From Blasia pusilla (Eukaryota), in the NCBI GenBank assembly GCA_050084515.1, contig CM114271.1:5456001-5520000 (forward strand): 64,000 nt of DNA, in the 5' to 3' direction. The notes below the pieces were generated by a model. The model was given only the letters and a program-made list of their open reading frames with translations, ran no database searches and was not told where the DNA came from. The position numbers and the translations under genes were made by a program. Position 1 is the first letter of the stretch, and every line of letters begins with the position of its first letter. Positions 1 to 12,853 of the stretch are shown here, piece by piece.

Positions 1-1329
1 ACATTAGCTTTTTTATTTCTGGTGTATGGCACAGGCACCTTACTAGTACCCTAAACATGTGTTGGGGTCTTGGTGGCAGATTGCTTATCTTGCTTGTAGC
101 GTTACTCGACTTGTTGCTCTTGCTCTACTGCAAAAGTATGATTCACTCTCGTCATGCTGCATGAATCGCTCTTGCCATGTTTAGTGCTCACATTTTCATC
201 GACGTTTTTTGCTTTGTTCTTTCGCCTTCCCGTTCTGGTTCAACTCTCGATTGTCTTTTGGAAACTCCAAAAGCTGCTTGATAATCCCTTGATGATTTTC
301 ATGTTGCTATTTAGGCCCCATTGCTCCAAGAGTCCCAAGGCAATACTATCCATTATTACAGTTCGCCATGGTTGCATAGAAACATACACGTCCGTCCCTA
401 GGACGAACAAGTCTGAATAAGTCCACAGACATGGATTGCAAGAGGTGGGGCCCATCCTTATAATTCATGATGGAAGATAGGGAAAAGGCGAGTGGGGCAA
501 CAAGGGGGAAGGAAGTGGGGTTAGAGGGAAGAAGAAATCGGAAAGTATGGAACATATGGGCAAATGGGGGGAAATGAGAAAGATGGGGAAGGTGGGGCCC
601 ACATGAATAAGTCCTTCCATAGGACGGACGTAAGTCCATGGAAATGGATATGTCTGCGGACACAGACTTTGTCCACACGCAACCTTGCATCTTACGATTT
701 CTTACCCTCGATCTTTTGACTGTCTTACAGCTTTGTCCCTACGTTGCTACGGCTGCACACAAGGCCTAGCTCTCTTTATTGGAATCAATCTTGACGAGAT
801 CGTTGTTAGAAGTTAACATTGCAGTTGTTCTCATGTCACAGCCCTTTGGAACTTTGACTCCCGATTAGTGTGCTAGTGTCATTTCGCTATTCTTTGAACC
901 TGACACTTCCTGCAACGTCGTGAAGCAACTCACCCACACTTTCGCTTGTTGTTGAGCTCTTAACCCATGATTCATGTTCTTGCTCTCGAGGGCTTCACAT
1001 TGGTAGTGCCTATAGGGTTTTTCTTATGCTATTGCTTTATGTGCAATTCCATTTTTTCCCTTTCATTTGGTTCTCAGTTGTGTAGAACACTTGAGTGCTT
1101 GAGCTTGGATTTGTGTACTTAGCTTTATACCTTGCAATAGCTTTGCACATATTGGAGGAGGAGCATATGTGCTTCAGAGCCACTTGCTGGAAATTATCCA
1201 GAAAACTCCCATATCTCCTTTGAAACCACCTACTATCCACTTTTTATCTTTTATAGTTGTAACACTAGCCAAAAGACAGAGGAATATAAATGAATTGTTG
1301 TGCAAGGAAGTTCCCAAGGAACTTCCAAA

Positions 1330-2759
1330 GATCATAGCTCTATCGAGACCATCAAACAAGAGGGAAGAGAATAGTACGTTGGACAACAATGCATCCTTAT
1401 CTGCAAAAAACCGAGAAGCTTGGAAAGGAAGTTTGGTATAGGATGTAGGATTGGATCACCTTTGATTCTTCCACAAGAGGAATTCATTGTAAGATATGTT
1501 GGGAAGGAAAAGACAAGAGTGCCTTTGGCAAGGATGGTGCCATCAATTGTTAGGTCTCCGCCTTCACAGATCATGCAAAGTCAAACAACCATGTAAAGCT
1601 AGCTTGGGCAGCTAACAAAGGTAAAAAAATCCATGGCCAAGGCCATTGCTATATCCAATCAAACCTATGACGCTATGAGGCTGTGAGGTAGCTCTCCTTA
1701 CTTTATTTTGATGTGCATATTTTCTTGCTAAGGAGGCCATGGCTTTCTCAAAGTTAACAAATATTTGTAAGTTGATGCTTTTCTGAAAATGCACCTATTA
1801 TTGGAGATCTCTACCAAGATCAAAAAAGTTGAAGTGAAATTTGTTGTTGCTTTTGGATCTGACAGAGCCTCCTCAATGGTCGGGAGCCAAAATGGGATGG
1901 CTTCACAATTGAAGCAAAAGGTAAATACGTTCATTCTTTGTGTGCATTTTGCCGATCATAGGAAAAACCTTGTAGCTCTCACAACTGCTAAAGAAACTAA
2001 TTGCAAATCCATTTCCATTGAAGTAGATTCTATTCTCAATGTTGTAGCAAGGTATTTCAAGAGGTCTTTCGAGCAAAAAGCTATTATAGCTTCTCTGGAG
2101 GAGAAGATGAATGACTCCCAAAGAGTTATGAAAAGATGTCATAAGATTCGATGGTTGTCATGATGGCAAGTTATATCCATCCTATCTAATTCACTAGAAT
2201 CTATTTTAACATATTTTAGGAGCATTTCCCTTCAAAGATGATGGGAATGTTGCATACTTGCGAACAAGTTAAGATCATTCTTAATGATCTATGAATTATA
2301 CTTCCTTGCTAATATTCTCTCTATGTTGGCTAACTTAAGCAAGATATTTCAATACAAATTTTTTGATGTTAGTAGCATTGGCAGTATTGTTAGTTCTGAG
2401 ATTGTTGCTATTACTATGAATTTTGTGATCGAAACTCATGACTTGAATGCATCTACTGTTTTAAAGGACACTGGTTACCACATTCTACCACACTTTGGAC
2501 CTTTGGGTGTCTAACTGAGACACTTATAGTCAAAAATTAGAGAAAGGAAGTTCCATAGTATATACATGATTAGGGATCTCACGAGCAAGGATTTGGAAGC
2601 ATCTCTAATTTTTTAGAAGAGTTATGGTGAAAGTGTTTGTGTAGCCCTTCAAGATAAATTTAGAGAAATAAATCTTATTGGTGCAATAAGAATCTTGAAC
2701 CCTTTGTACCTGCCTTCTAGACAAGTCGGACTCATAAGTTGGGGATGTAGAGATATAGA
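1330..2759 (+). pseudogene. Degenerate hAT-superfamily (ZNF862-like) DNA transposase remnant
   Basis: Interrupted frames give a zinc-finger-like N-terminus (WITFDSSTRGIHCKICWEGKDKSAF, ~1450-1530), GSDRASSMVG...ILCVHFADHRKNL (decayed CxxH motif), KIRWLS and LANLSKIFQ. Multiple stops and frameshifts; cut off at 2760. Confidence 0.7.
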
Positions 2760-3297
2760 TGTCACATCTAAGTAGTCGATAGGCCGAGATTTATCGTGGA
2801 TAGGGTGTAGGAGCGAACGGACTGTCTTGAGTGTAACTTTGTCTCGTGGTGTTGGATGAGGTTGAAGATAGGTCCGTTGTGTCAGGAACGTCATTTCTGA
2901 CAACTTTTCTGTTGGGGTCTTTCACAGCCGGGTGACTTGTTGAGCAGGTCACCCGCCTCTGGTAACCTGTGCGCGTAGGTTACCAGGAGGATAGCTATTT
3001 TTAGGGAAGAGCCTTTTGGCTCTTCCTAACCCTATATAAAGGAGGAATATGGCTTTCCCAAGCCATGTTTCTCATGTTGGGCCGTTGGAGCACCTCTCTT
3101 GTATGTGTGTGAGATAGGACTAGGATGCTAGCGTCCGGATTCCTTTATAGCGCAGGGTAGACGATGCTCGATATGCCGAAGTAGATTGAGGAGTGGAGTT
3201 TTAGGCCAGGTGTGTTGTTTCTACTACTCTTTATTTTTGTTATGTGATCTCCATGTATATGTATGAGTTGATTTCTGTACATGTGTGGATCTACCCG
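2760..3297 (+). mobile_element. Probable partial LTR inserted into the hAT remnant and interrupted by the gypsy LTR at 3298
   Basis: hAT coding ends abruptly at TGTCACA (2760). A TATA-like CCTATATAAAG lies at ~3030. The 3' CA terminus is not visible. Confidence 0.4.
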
Positions 3298-4305
3298 TGT
3301 CGCGCCCCTACTCTCCTTGAACGTCAATCTTTAGTGTTGCGGAAGCGTACGTTCAGTAGGTCACGATCTCATCGCTGATCTGCACTCAAACACGCACTCT
3401 CGTTAGTCGGGTCTGGGCCAACCAGCGTTCCAACCCACCGAGTTCTCAACTCGACGTCTCATCAAGCTCAACCTTCCTTAGTTCCTAGTTTCCAAAACAC
3501 GGCAAGTCCTTCAAGACTTGGAACAGACTTCCTGGTTAGTCCAGGGATCTGAAACGGCACTTGCGTGCCTAGCGATCCCAATTGTTCAACGGACCTCGTG
3601 TGAGTTCCAAACCGAGACCCAAGTAATTGAGTCCCGGGGTGAAATCCAAGAGGGATGTCTAAAATCGCCTCAATAGACTTGGTGCAGGTTTTCCAACCCA
3701 ACTCCCAAACTTGCGTTCCGTTGCATGCCCTTGAGCCGCCCAGCGGCGCCCAAAGTGGGGTTCGGGTTCCAAGCACTCTCGAAGGCCTTCCCCCTTACTA
3801 GTACTTCTGGGGTTCTCCAATAACCCCCCCCCCCCCTTTGGGAAAGGAGGGTCGGGCCCTTCATTGTGGCCCTCAACCCGACTCTACTTACAGTCGTTTC
3901 CGGGTTGTTTCTCAGCCGTTGCTAAAGCGTTTGCAGAGATCCTTAGTGCGTTTGAACCGGCTTTCCATAAGCTTTGTAACGCATCCTTATTTAATCCAAA
4001 CTCATCTTGGCGCTAAAAGTTATGGCCATAAATACAGTCGGAAACTCTCAAACGCTAGTGGCGTTCCAAATCCGGATTCTTCCTTTTGGCAACCCACTTT
4101 CTAGACTCGACTTCTTTCAAGTCTCAATCCGCGTTTGGTCCAGGTTTCTCGGTCGTGACCACAACATCTGAAACACGACGCCTCGCTCGCGTCTCGTCTC
4201 TTGTCTCCTCTTTGAGACTACTCCAACGCGCAAACCATCTTAGCGTGAGCCCGCTAATGTTCCGATGTTCCGCTTGGCACTCGTTTGGTCATGAGGGTCG
4301 CGACA
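3298..4305 (-). repeat. 3' LTR (~1.0 kb) of the chromovirus element
   Basis: Inverted termini TGTCGCG/CGCGACA; homologous along its whole length to 31483-32479. Confidence 0.92.
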
Positions 4306-4993
4306 CTCACCCCTCTTTAGAGATTGATGCCCTCATCAACGCAAACCTTTGTTATGTCAAGTCTCCTGGGCAGCCTACCCCTTGACATTGAATTACGTTA
4401 TGGTGGCTAACCCGCAATTCCTCTTAGTCTATAGTTGTCGCTTTGCCCCACTTAGAATTAGTAGCCTCTCCTCTTTGATAAGCGTGGACAGGTTCCAAAG
4501 AACTAACCTATCAAATAAGCTAACTAAGTGTGCAACCTTACACTCTTCTGGCTCACTCTTGTAAACATCACACCTGTTTACCTGGTCTACAAATCGTACT
4601 ACTATTGGGTCACTCTCGTATTCGACTTAGGCGCGTCACTAAGTTTACTTATGTAGCCACAAGTAAGATCACCCCAAGCCCCAAGACAAACTTCATCTGC
4701 CCCGCCGACGCTAGGGCGAGCCCGAGTGTAATCCAACACAAGGTCCTGTTCTAGGTGCTTATCCACATACGAGCTCTCACCTCAAATACTCCTTGTCTGT
4801 CCTCTTGACGTACATCCTAAGCCTATGATGAACGACTCATAGCCATGCACTACCACATAAAAATTGCAACACTCTGGCATCGAATCTCCAAATGCATACA
4901 CTCCTTTATTGCAACACTAGCATATTCTAGTTACAACAGCCTTCGGCCCAAGATTCCACTGGTTACAAGTCATGTCTCTAGCTTCTCCTCGTA

Positions 4994-7900
4994 CTAACAT
5001 ATGTGCTTCGCTTGTGTTCGCTTGAAGTCTCGCAACAACTCTTGCGCGTGTTCCAAATCTGCCTCCGCAATCCAAGTCGCCTCCTTCACATGGTAGCCCT
5101 TCCATTTTACCAAGTATTCATACTTGTTGGCTCGACGCCTCGAACGTAAGATGGTCTCCACCTCAAACTCCGGCTCCTCATTTATGATGACCGGGTGCGG
5201 TCTCACCACCTGTCTCCGCGCGAAACGTCCATTATCTTGAAGATATTTCTTCAACAATGACACATGAAAGTTCGGGTGAATCTTGAACTCGTCCGGTAGC
5301 CTCAACGTATACACATCCTCAAATGGGTTTGCCACAATCACATACGGTCCAACATACTTGGCAGACAGCTTCGCAGACAACTCTTTCGGAAGAGTGATGT
5401 TCTTCACACTCAACCACACTTGCTCTCCAACTTGGAATCGTACTTGGCGCTGACTCTTGTTAGCATGCTTAACGTACCTCATTTGAGCCTTTGCAAGATT
5501 TCGCCTTGCTCGCTCTTCCCGTTCTTGCATCTCCACCAACAAACCTTCTGCCGTCGCTTGTCGTGTTCGTGCCAATGTAGTACCCTTCGAAAGGGCTAGG
5601 TCAAGAGGCCCTTCTGGCTCTCGTCCATTTTCCAGGAGAAAGGAAGATTCTCCAGTTGCAGAATGCTTGGTCGAGTTGTAGCAGTACTCCGCCATGCTCA
5701 ACCACTTGACCCAATCTCATTGATCAGCACTTACATAATTCCTTAAGTACTGATTCACCATAGAGTTCACCTTTTCAGTTTGTCCATCCGTCTGTGGGTG
5801 GAAAGCCGTACTGAAACTCAGCTTGGTCTTAAACCTTCTGAACAAGTGCTTCCAGAAAGCACTGGTAAACTTTGGATCCCGATCTGAAATAATGCTCCTC
5901 GGCAAACCGTGAGCATGCCACCAGCTATCGAGAAACAGTTGCAACGTCGTATAAGCCTTTGCGGAATCCACCGTCGGCACGAATCTCGCCAACTTGCTAA
6001 ATCGATCAACAATCACAAGTATAGCGTTGTATCCCTCAGATTCCGGAAGACTTGTGATGAAATCCATACTCACACTTTGCAAGGGTCCTTCTGGGATCGG
6101 CAAGGGATGCAGCAAGCCCTGTTTCTTATCATGAGAGACTCTATTTGCTTGGCAGGTCACACAGGTCTTCACATATTGAGCAACATCCTCTTTCATGTTG
6201 GGCCAAAAGAACCGCTTCGACAGAACAGCTAGCGTAGATTTCTCTCCTTTACGTCCTGCCAAGGGTCCATCGTGACATTCCGCTAACACCTTGGTTCGCA
6301 TCCTGCCTTGCCCTACATAGATCCTACTCTGTTGAACCTTAGTAAACTGTGCCTCAAACTTATGTTGGCCACCTTCTCACCGTGCTTCAACTTCCTCAGG
6401 TACTCCCCTGCGTGAGCATCCTTCATATATCCTTCACGAATCCTTCTTTCCAGGTCTGTCTCTTTAGGGAACATTGCTTTCAAGACCTGTGTCGTCGATG
6501 GCATGTGTTCCTCCTTGCGACTCAAAGCATCTGGAATCACATTATCTTTACCTGGCTTGTGAATCAACTCAACATCCATCAACGCCAAGGTATCATGCCA
6601 TCGTAGTTGCTTCGGTGTCACTCGATCCTGGGTCTCAAAATACTTGAGTGATATATTATCGGTGAATACTCGAGTCTTGTGGAGCCCTAGATAATGCCGC
6701 CACTTCCTCAAGCAATGTACCACTGCGAACAACTCTTTCTCGTGAGTAGGCCATCTCCTTTCAGTATCGCTAAGCTTCTTGCTCTCGTATGCCACCGGTC
6801 TCCCTTCTTGCACCAACATTCCTGCAACCGCGAAATCACTAGCATCGGTATGCACTTCGAACGGTTTGTCAAACTCTGGAAGCTTCAATACTGGTTCTTG
6901 CGATAGAATCTTCTTCACTCAGTTGAATGCCTCCTTAACTTCCTGGTTCCAAGTCGTGTTGGCAAACTTTGTTGTCCAGTCCGTGAGAGGTCTCACAATT
7001 CCCGAAAAGTTTTTCACATAAGTGCGATAGAACTGCACCGCACCTATGAACCTCCTCATCCCCTTTACAGTGGATGGGGGTTCCCACTCGACAATCGCTT
7101 TCACCTTCTCCATGTCTGGACTGACGCCATCTGCACTGACCACGTGACCCAAGAATTTGATCTTGCTCAAACCAAATTCGCTCTTCTCTACATTCGCATA
7201 AAGCTGATTTGCCCTTAGCTTAGACAAGACCTCTCTCACATGTCGAACGTGCTCCTCTAGTGATTTCGAATAGATAAATATGTCATCAATATAGATGATA
7301 ACATACTCATCCATTTCCTTGTGAAAAATGGAGTTCATCAATGTGGTGAACGTCGGAGGGGCGTTACATAGACCGAAAGGCATCACTACAAACTCAAAGG
7401 AACCGTATCTTGTCCTACACGCAGTCTTCTCCACATCTGCCTCGACAATCCGAATCTGGTAATATCCTGACTTCAAGTCAATCCTACTGAAATATCTCGC
7501 GCCTGCCAGCCTATCGAAGAGATCATCTATCCTCAGAAGAGGATAATTGTTCCGAACCGTCACTTTATTCAGCGCACGGTAATCAACACACAGCCTCATC
7601 TTTCCATCCTTCTTCTTTACAAAAAGAACAGGTGCTCCATAAGGTGACTTGCTAGTCCTAATGTAACCCTTTTCCAAGAGCTCACTTAACTTATTTTTCA
7701 ACTCAAGAAGTTCCTCCTGATTCAACCTATATGGTGCTTTTGAAGGCGGTTGGGAACCAGGTATGATCTCTATCTTATGATCAACGGCTCTATGTGGCGG
7801 AAATTCAGTCGGAAGCTCATTTGTCAAGACATCCTCAAACTCCTTGACCACTTCCTGGAGTGGTTCTGGGATTCCCCTTGAAGCAGTGTCCTGATCTCTG

Positions 7901-8875
7901 CGTATTCTGCTTGAAGCCTCCTCCACTTGTCTCATCAAGCAGAGGAATCCATCCTCCAACTCGGTCATGCTCCTCCTTGTAATTGAGTTCACTAACTCCT
8001 TTTTCGCCGGAACCTCACGGACCAACCGCACCTGTAACCGTTTGCCCTTTAGCAAGACGCTCAACCTCAAGGGTCTACGTCTTAACTCCACCTCATACGC
8101 ATCTAGGAATGTATTCCCCAAGACTCCGTCAATGCCATCCATTTCACACACAGTGAAATTCTCCTTCAACTCGAATACCCCGCATCCTACTGTCAAACCC
8201 AAGACCAAATCAGAAGTCCGATGAGACTTGCCTCTGCAAATCCTACTCGAATGGGCTCATCCGCCTTAGAGGTAGACAACCCCAGTTCCTTCACGATTCT
8301 CGGGCTTAGGAAGAAGTGCGAAGCACCTATATCCACGAGCAACAACACATCGCGATCAGCAATCTTGGATCTTAGGTACACCAAATTGTGCGTCCTCTTG
8401 GTGACCTGAAGGGACGTCTCGAGATCGCCCGCCAACAGATGCTTAGCAGCAAACGCAATCATACTCCCATTACTAACCTTCGAATTCGAACACACTTTCG
8501 CCAGGTGGCCCGGTTCGCCACAGTTGTAGCATACAACCTTGCCGTTCCCTGACTTCAAATGCTGTCCTCCTTTCGGCTTCGCATGAAGTTCCACTCGTTT
8601 TCTTTGTTGCAGGCGACGACCCTGGATCGTCCGCCCCCACCTCGCACTCTTTTGAACACCTCCTTATATTTCGACTTCTTCAAAAAACCTTTTGGCTTGA
8701 AGGGTTTCTGGGTTTGGACCTCATCGTCCCCAATCCGCTCCGCCAGCTTCAGAAGATCTGCGCAGGTATCTGGCAACGTCGGCATTTGGTAAAGGGCCTT
8801 TTCAGCGCTCGGCTTGAGTCCACTAATGAAGATAGCCTTCTTCGCGTGCTCATCCATCTTTGGAATAGAAGTCAC
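4994..8875 (-). pseudogene. gag-pol (zinc knuckle, aspartic protease, RT, RNase H, integrase, chromodomain), disrupted
   Basis: CYNCGEPGHLAKVC knuckle; LLVDIGASH protease; RLCVDYRALN and YIDD (RT); HTDASD (RNase H); VSMDFI/SDRD/TDGQTE and KYVGPY (integrase); FEVETIL...YEYLVKWKGY...ATW (chromodomain). In-frame TGA at 6919 and 5717 plus frameshifts. Confidence 0.95.
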
Positions 8876-9003
8876 TTTCGCACTTCAGTGATTCAGATTT
8901 AGATAAGAAATTTTACTTTCTTCACACCAATCTTAAGACCACAAGACGGTTCAAGAGGGGATGAAGGGGCTCGGATTAGCCAGTATCATACCCATCATTT
9001 CCC

Positions 9004-9310
9004 CTAAACCCCAATTACCCACCATTGTGAAACCATATGATTCTAGGTTTAGTAGCGCCTATGCATCACTCAATTACCCACCATTGTGAAACCATATGAT
9101 TCTAGGTTTAGTAGCGCCTATGCATCACTCACACTGAACCCTAATCACCCACCATCATGAAACCATATGATTCTAGGTTTAGTCGCGCCCATTCATCACT
9201 TCCACTTAACCCTAATCACCCACCATCATGAAACCATATGATTATAGGTTTAGTAGCGCCTATGCGTCACTTACACTAAACCCTAATCACCCACCACCAT
9301 GAGACCATGA
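9004..9310. repeat. Tandem minisatellite, ~71-bp unit, ~4.4 copies
   Basis: Unit AAT(T/C)ACCCACCAT..TGAAACCATATGATTCTAGGTTTAGT... starts at ~9013, 9072, 9143, 9214 and 9285; the first unit is 59 bp. Confidence 0.9.
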
Positions 9311-11699
9311 CCATGAGTTTAGTGGCTCCTCGACGTTCTTGACTTGCTACTGATCAAGTCATCCACCACGATCCCGCATTACTACATCCAGAGGCACACT
9401 GCTTTAGGCTATGTGGTTAGGAAGGTCACACAGGTAAGTTTCTCCTTTTTGGTCTCCACTGGTGGGGCCCCGGTGGGGCGTTCCAAAGATTTGAGTAAGC
9501 CGCTTCTGTATCCCGTACACGGTATTCTTTAGTAAAAGGCGAAAGAATAGTTCGCTCTGGATTGAATACACGGCTGTGTGAGGAGCGAACGGGTTTCAGG
9601 AGAATATATTCCTCATCAGGAACTATAGATGTTCTACGCTTATGGGTTTATTTAAGAACAGTGTATGAAAGAGTATTGATAGGAAGTGCGATTACGTGCT
9701 ATATGTTGGGGTTGGTTCTCCGCGTGAAGTGGCTGGAGATAATTACTTTCACCTGTGGGAAGAAATAATAATTTTGTAAATGGGGATCGGCAGAAAGCGC
9801 AGCGACTGCAGTTGTGAGGGGACGCTGAAATTGTGATGGAGCAATGAGCGCAGCGTTCTGCCTGAGTACTAGCAGCGTGAGTCGGAGGCGAAGAAAGGAG
9901 ACGAACGCTCAGCGCCGATTGCATTGGCGGTCGACACCCGATTACCAACATTTGTCTCATCGCAGACGCAACGGTTTAAACCGCGCGGGGCTACAGATCG
10001 AAGTTTTATGGGCCCTGGCTAACCCAAGAAATCAACCTTTTTGCTACTGAAACAGATTATTGTGATGTTAGAAGGTGGAGTTTTGCAATCGGGAGGTCAA
10101 AACTGCACGTCTGTCATACACCCAAACCCTAATATCTCAAATCTCTACCCTCCATGTTCACTGTGCTCTCTTCGCTCGTGCACACATTGCCCTCTTCACA
10201 TTGAAGCATTGCCTGAGAATCAATGTAGAGAAAACTACTCAATTTAGGGCTCCCAGCGAAATTGGCATCTGGTCTTATTCCGTCCGAGCACACATTTGTC
10301 TTCTCCTTCTTGCGCTGCGCTGCGCTCCAGTTCTAGACAAATCTTATGCGGCGCAGCAGTGCAGGCAAGAATCACAAGCGAGAGAGCCTCTGCCATTCTT
10401 TTCATTGTCTAAGCCTTCCACCTTGCTCTGTAGTGAGTTTCATTGCATAAGAATGCCTCACCACATCTCACTGTCCAGTAACAGCTTCTTAGGAACCTTA
10501 AACCCTAAAACGCCAGCCTGCTTTCTTACAGAGAACAACCCTCATGGATTGGTCTTAAGGGAGGCAAGGCCATGAACTTGGAAATGACAACAAATTCCTT
10601 ATGCAAGAGCACGAAATGTCAAGGCCGAAAGCACATGAAGGCGTCCCGATAGGGTTGTGTGGATGCATTACGTCAATGAAAAGCCCTTCCCAATGACGAC
10701 GACCGCAAAATAAACACTCGTGCTCTGGTAGATTGGTAGATTTCAGTTTGATCAATCCGTCAAATATGCAGTAATAGACTGCACAAGTCAGTGGGGATTG
10801 TACCACCTTCCCGTTGAATCATCTTCGCGTGGGGCTAGTTAGGGGTATCCACCTGCAGCTTTCCTATGCAATAAGGTGAGCTAATATGTTCAGGGTCCCT
10901 GCCATAAAATAGAGGGTAGGCCGGATGGCAATGACAACTTCTAGAACCTGAACTCCTCTTGGTCCGTTCGACGACTCAATTCACCTAGCTCACAAAATGC
11001 TGCAATTTCAGATGAAAGGCTAGGGAAGAGGGTAGCAACATCGACTGGCTAGATTGACAAAAGAGCGGGTGAAGAGCTCACGACTCACTCTCGTTGCAAA
11101 CGATCGTAACAACTGCTTGCCCTAGTGTACGGCCACTCTCAGGAATTGAGGGTTTAGGGTAAAGTGTAGGTTTAAGGATTGCAGCCACATTTAAGGTGAC
11201 TACTCCAGATGTACAACGCCTTCTCAAGTTCTGAGGGATCTATATGGCTAGACTAAAATGTAGGTTTAAGGATTGCAACCACATTGAAGGTGATGGATCA
11301 ACATGTGACTGCTGGTGTTGTTGCCTACCATTCCATTTAGAAGCTAAGGATAGCAAAGGCTTACCTCGCATTTAGAATCGACTCTTCAAGAACACAGGAA
11401 TACACTGTACAAAACCAATTTAAGGGATGCATATGATATTTGATCAGTCAATCAACATTTGGACGGTTCTAGAACCTCTGGGAACTTGCGGATTCCTCTG
11501 AAGCATAACTTTTTAGATGTGAATGAGCAGAGAAGCAGCAAAGAGAAAATGAGAGCACGAAATCTCCAATTTCATCCGGAGCATCACTTGTCTCGACCAC
11601 CAGCAGGAAAAACTTGAATATATGTGCTCAGACGACCAATTACATACCTACGGTTATCTTCAAAACCAACCTAAACAATTGGATGCTTCTGGCAAACAA

Positions 11700-12110
11700 T
11701 CATCCTGGTCCCACCTTCGGGATATCATAATGCTCACTGAGGTTCGCTAGATACTGATTGAACTCTTCTATCTTTTGTCTATGTGATTTGCTCGCCACCT
11801 TAGCTAGTCGTCTTGTCTCCAGCTCTATCCTCTGCTCATCATATTTCTTCTCAGCTGGCGTCCGATGATCCTCGTACACAGCAAGCTGATTCTCGCCACC
11901 CTCCGATTGGTCATGTTCTCCATGTAGAGGTGATCGAATTTCGTCTGCGTTCAGTCGAAATTCGGGTTCTTCTTTCTCATTCAACTGAAGTAGCTTTTGC
12001 TCGTAAGACTCTTGCATCTTCTTCTTCTTCTTTTTCATACCGCCTGCTTTGACGTCCAGAGCCTTGCCTTTCAGCTTCAGCTTGCCACCAATAACGTTGT
12101 TGAAAGACAT
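11700..12110 (-). CDS. FAM32A: FAM32A-like (DUF1754) small nuclear protein, 136 aa, single coding exon
   Basis: N-terminus MSFNNVIGGKLKLKGKALDVKAGGMKKKKKK, then D..TPAEKKY, and C-terminus ASKSHRQKIEEFNQYLANLSEHYDIPKVGPG, all typical of FAM32A. A splice acceptor (TTTTCTGCGCAG|G) just upstream at ~12123 indicates a 5'UTR intron. Confidence 0.93.
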   Translation of the reverse strand: MSFNNVIGGKLKLKGKALDVKAGGMKKKKKKMQESYEQKLLQLNEKEEPEFRLNADEIRSPLHGEHDQSEGGENQLAVYEDHRTPAEKKYDEQRIELETRRLAKVASKSHRQKIEEFNQYLANLSEHYDIPKVGPG

Positions 12111-12853
12111 TGTCCACCAACCTGCGCAGAAAAAACATTTCAAGTTTCCCTCAGCATTTCAAAGCTATTTTGCGCCTCCTAATATTTCAGAGTAATTTTG
12201 CGTAAGGCGGTCCACCTGTTCAATTTCTCATTCCAATTTATCCTCTCCGCTGCCTTTAACAGCAACGAAAATAAAAACCATCCTCCGCAAGACCAAAATG
12301 TCGTCCCCGCGAATCCCCAGGAGGAAGATAACGAACGATCCACATGCGCGAGATCTTGCCAACAAACAGCAACACCGCCACAGCGTGATATTAAACAGGA
12401 AGTAACGTAACCCTTACAAGCTACGCTCCCTCGCACCTAACCCTCGACCCTTCGTACCTTGACTTGCAAACCTTTCCTTGCCTGATTCTCGACCTACGAA
12501 CCCTTGTAACTCACACACGCAAAACTTCCTTCCTCTCCGACAACCTACCTCTCGTACAAAATTACTCCTCCCAGCCAGAGCACCAAATCTCGCCACAACA
12601 CTCGCCGGTGTTCCTCAGACGAGACGATTGTGCGTCTACTTCACGGCATCCACACGACGCTGGCGGCAGAAAACTCCGCGCTCGCATCCGCCCGTGCTTA
12701 CTGCCTCCTTGCTCACAACTTTCACTCCTCGACGGGCCTCCTGCCACAACAATCCGAAAATCACAGGACAGCTTCCATTGCCTCGCGCGTCCAAATCGAT
12801 ACCAGTGCTCCAGATTGAACTCCAATCACACAATGCCGCAAACACGGGCTAAA

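Larger units (their letters stand above)
3298..8876 (-). mobile_element. 5'-truncated Ty3/gypsy chromovirus LTR retrotransposon
   Basis: Domain order gag-PR-RT-RH-IN-chromodomain. 3' LTR at 3298-4305 has TGTCGCG...CGCGACA termini, with a PPT (minus-strand AAAGAGGGGTGAG) adjacent at ~4306-4318. No 5' LTR; sequence breaks within gag at ~8876. Confidence 0.95.

Noticed and set aside
3468-4385. ORFs conserved between 3468-4385 and 31652-32511
   Set aside because: The similarity just reflects homologous LTR DNA; frames are not maintained and no domain is recognisable.
9004-9310. True telomeric array
   Set aside because: Only isolated telomere-like words within a 71-bp unit; no (TTTAGGG)n run.
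9344-10900. Protein-coding gene suggested by ORF 10075-10575 and a CAG|GTAAGT donor at ~9433
   Set aside because: No recognisable domain or consistent exon chain; it may be non-coding transcribed sequence but this cannot be supported here.
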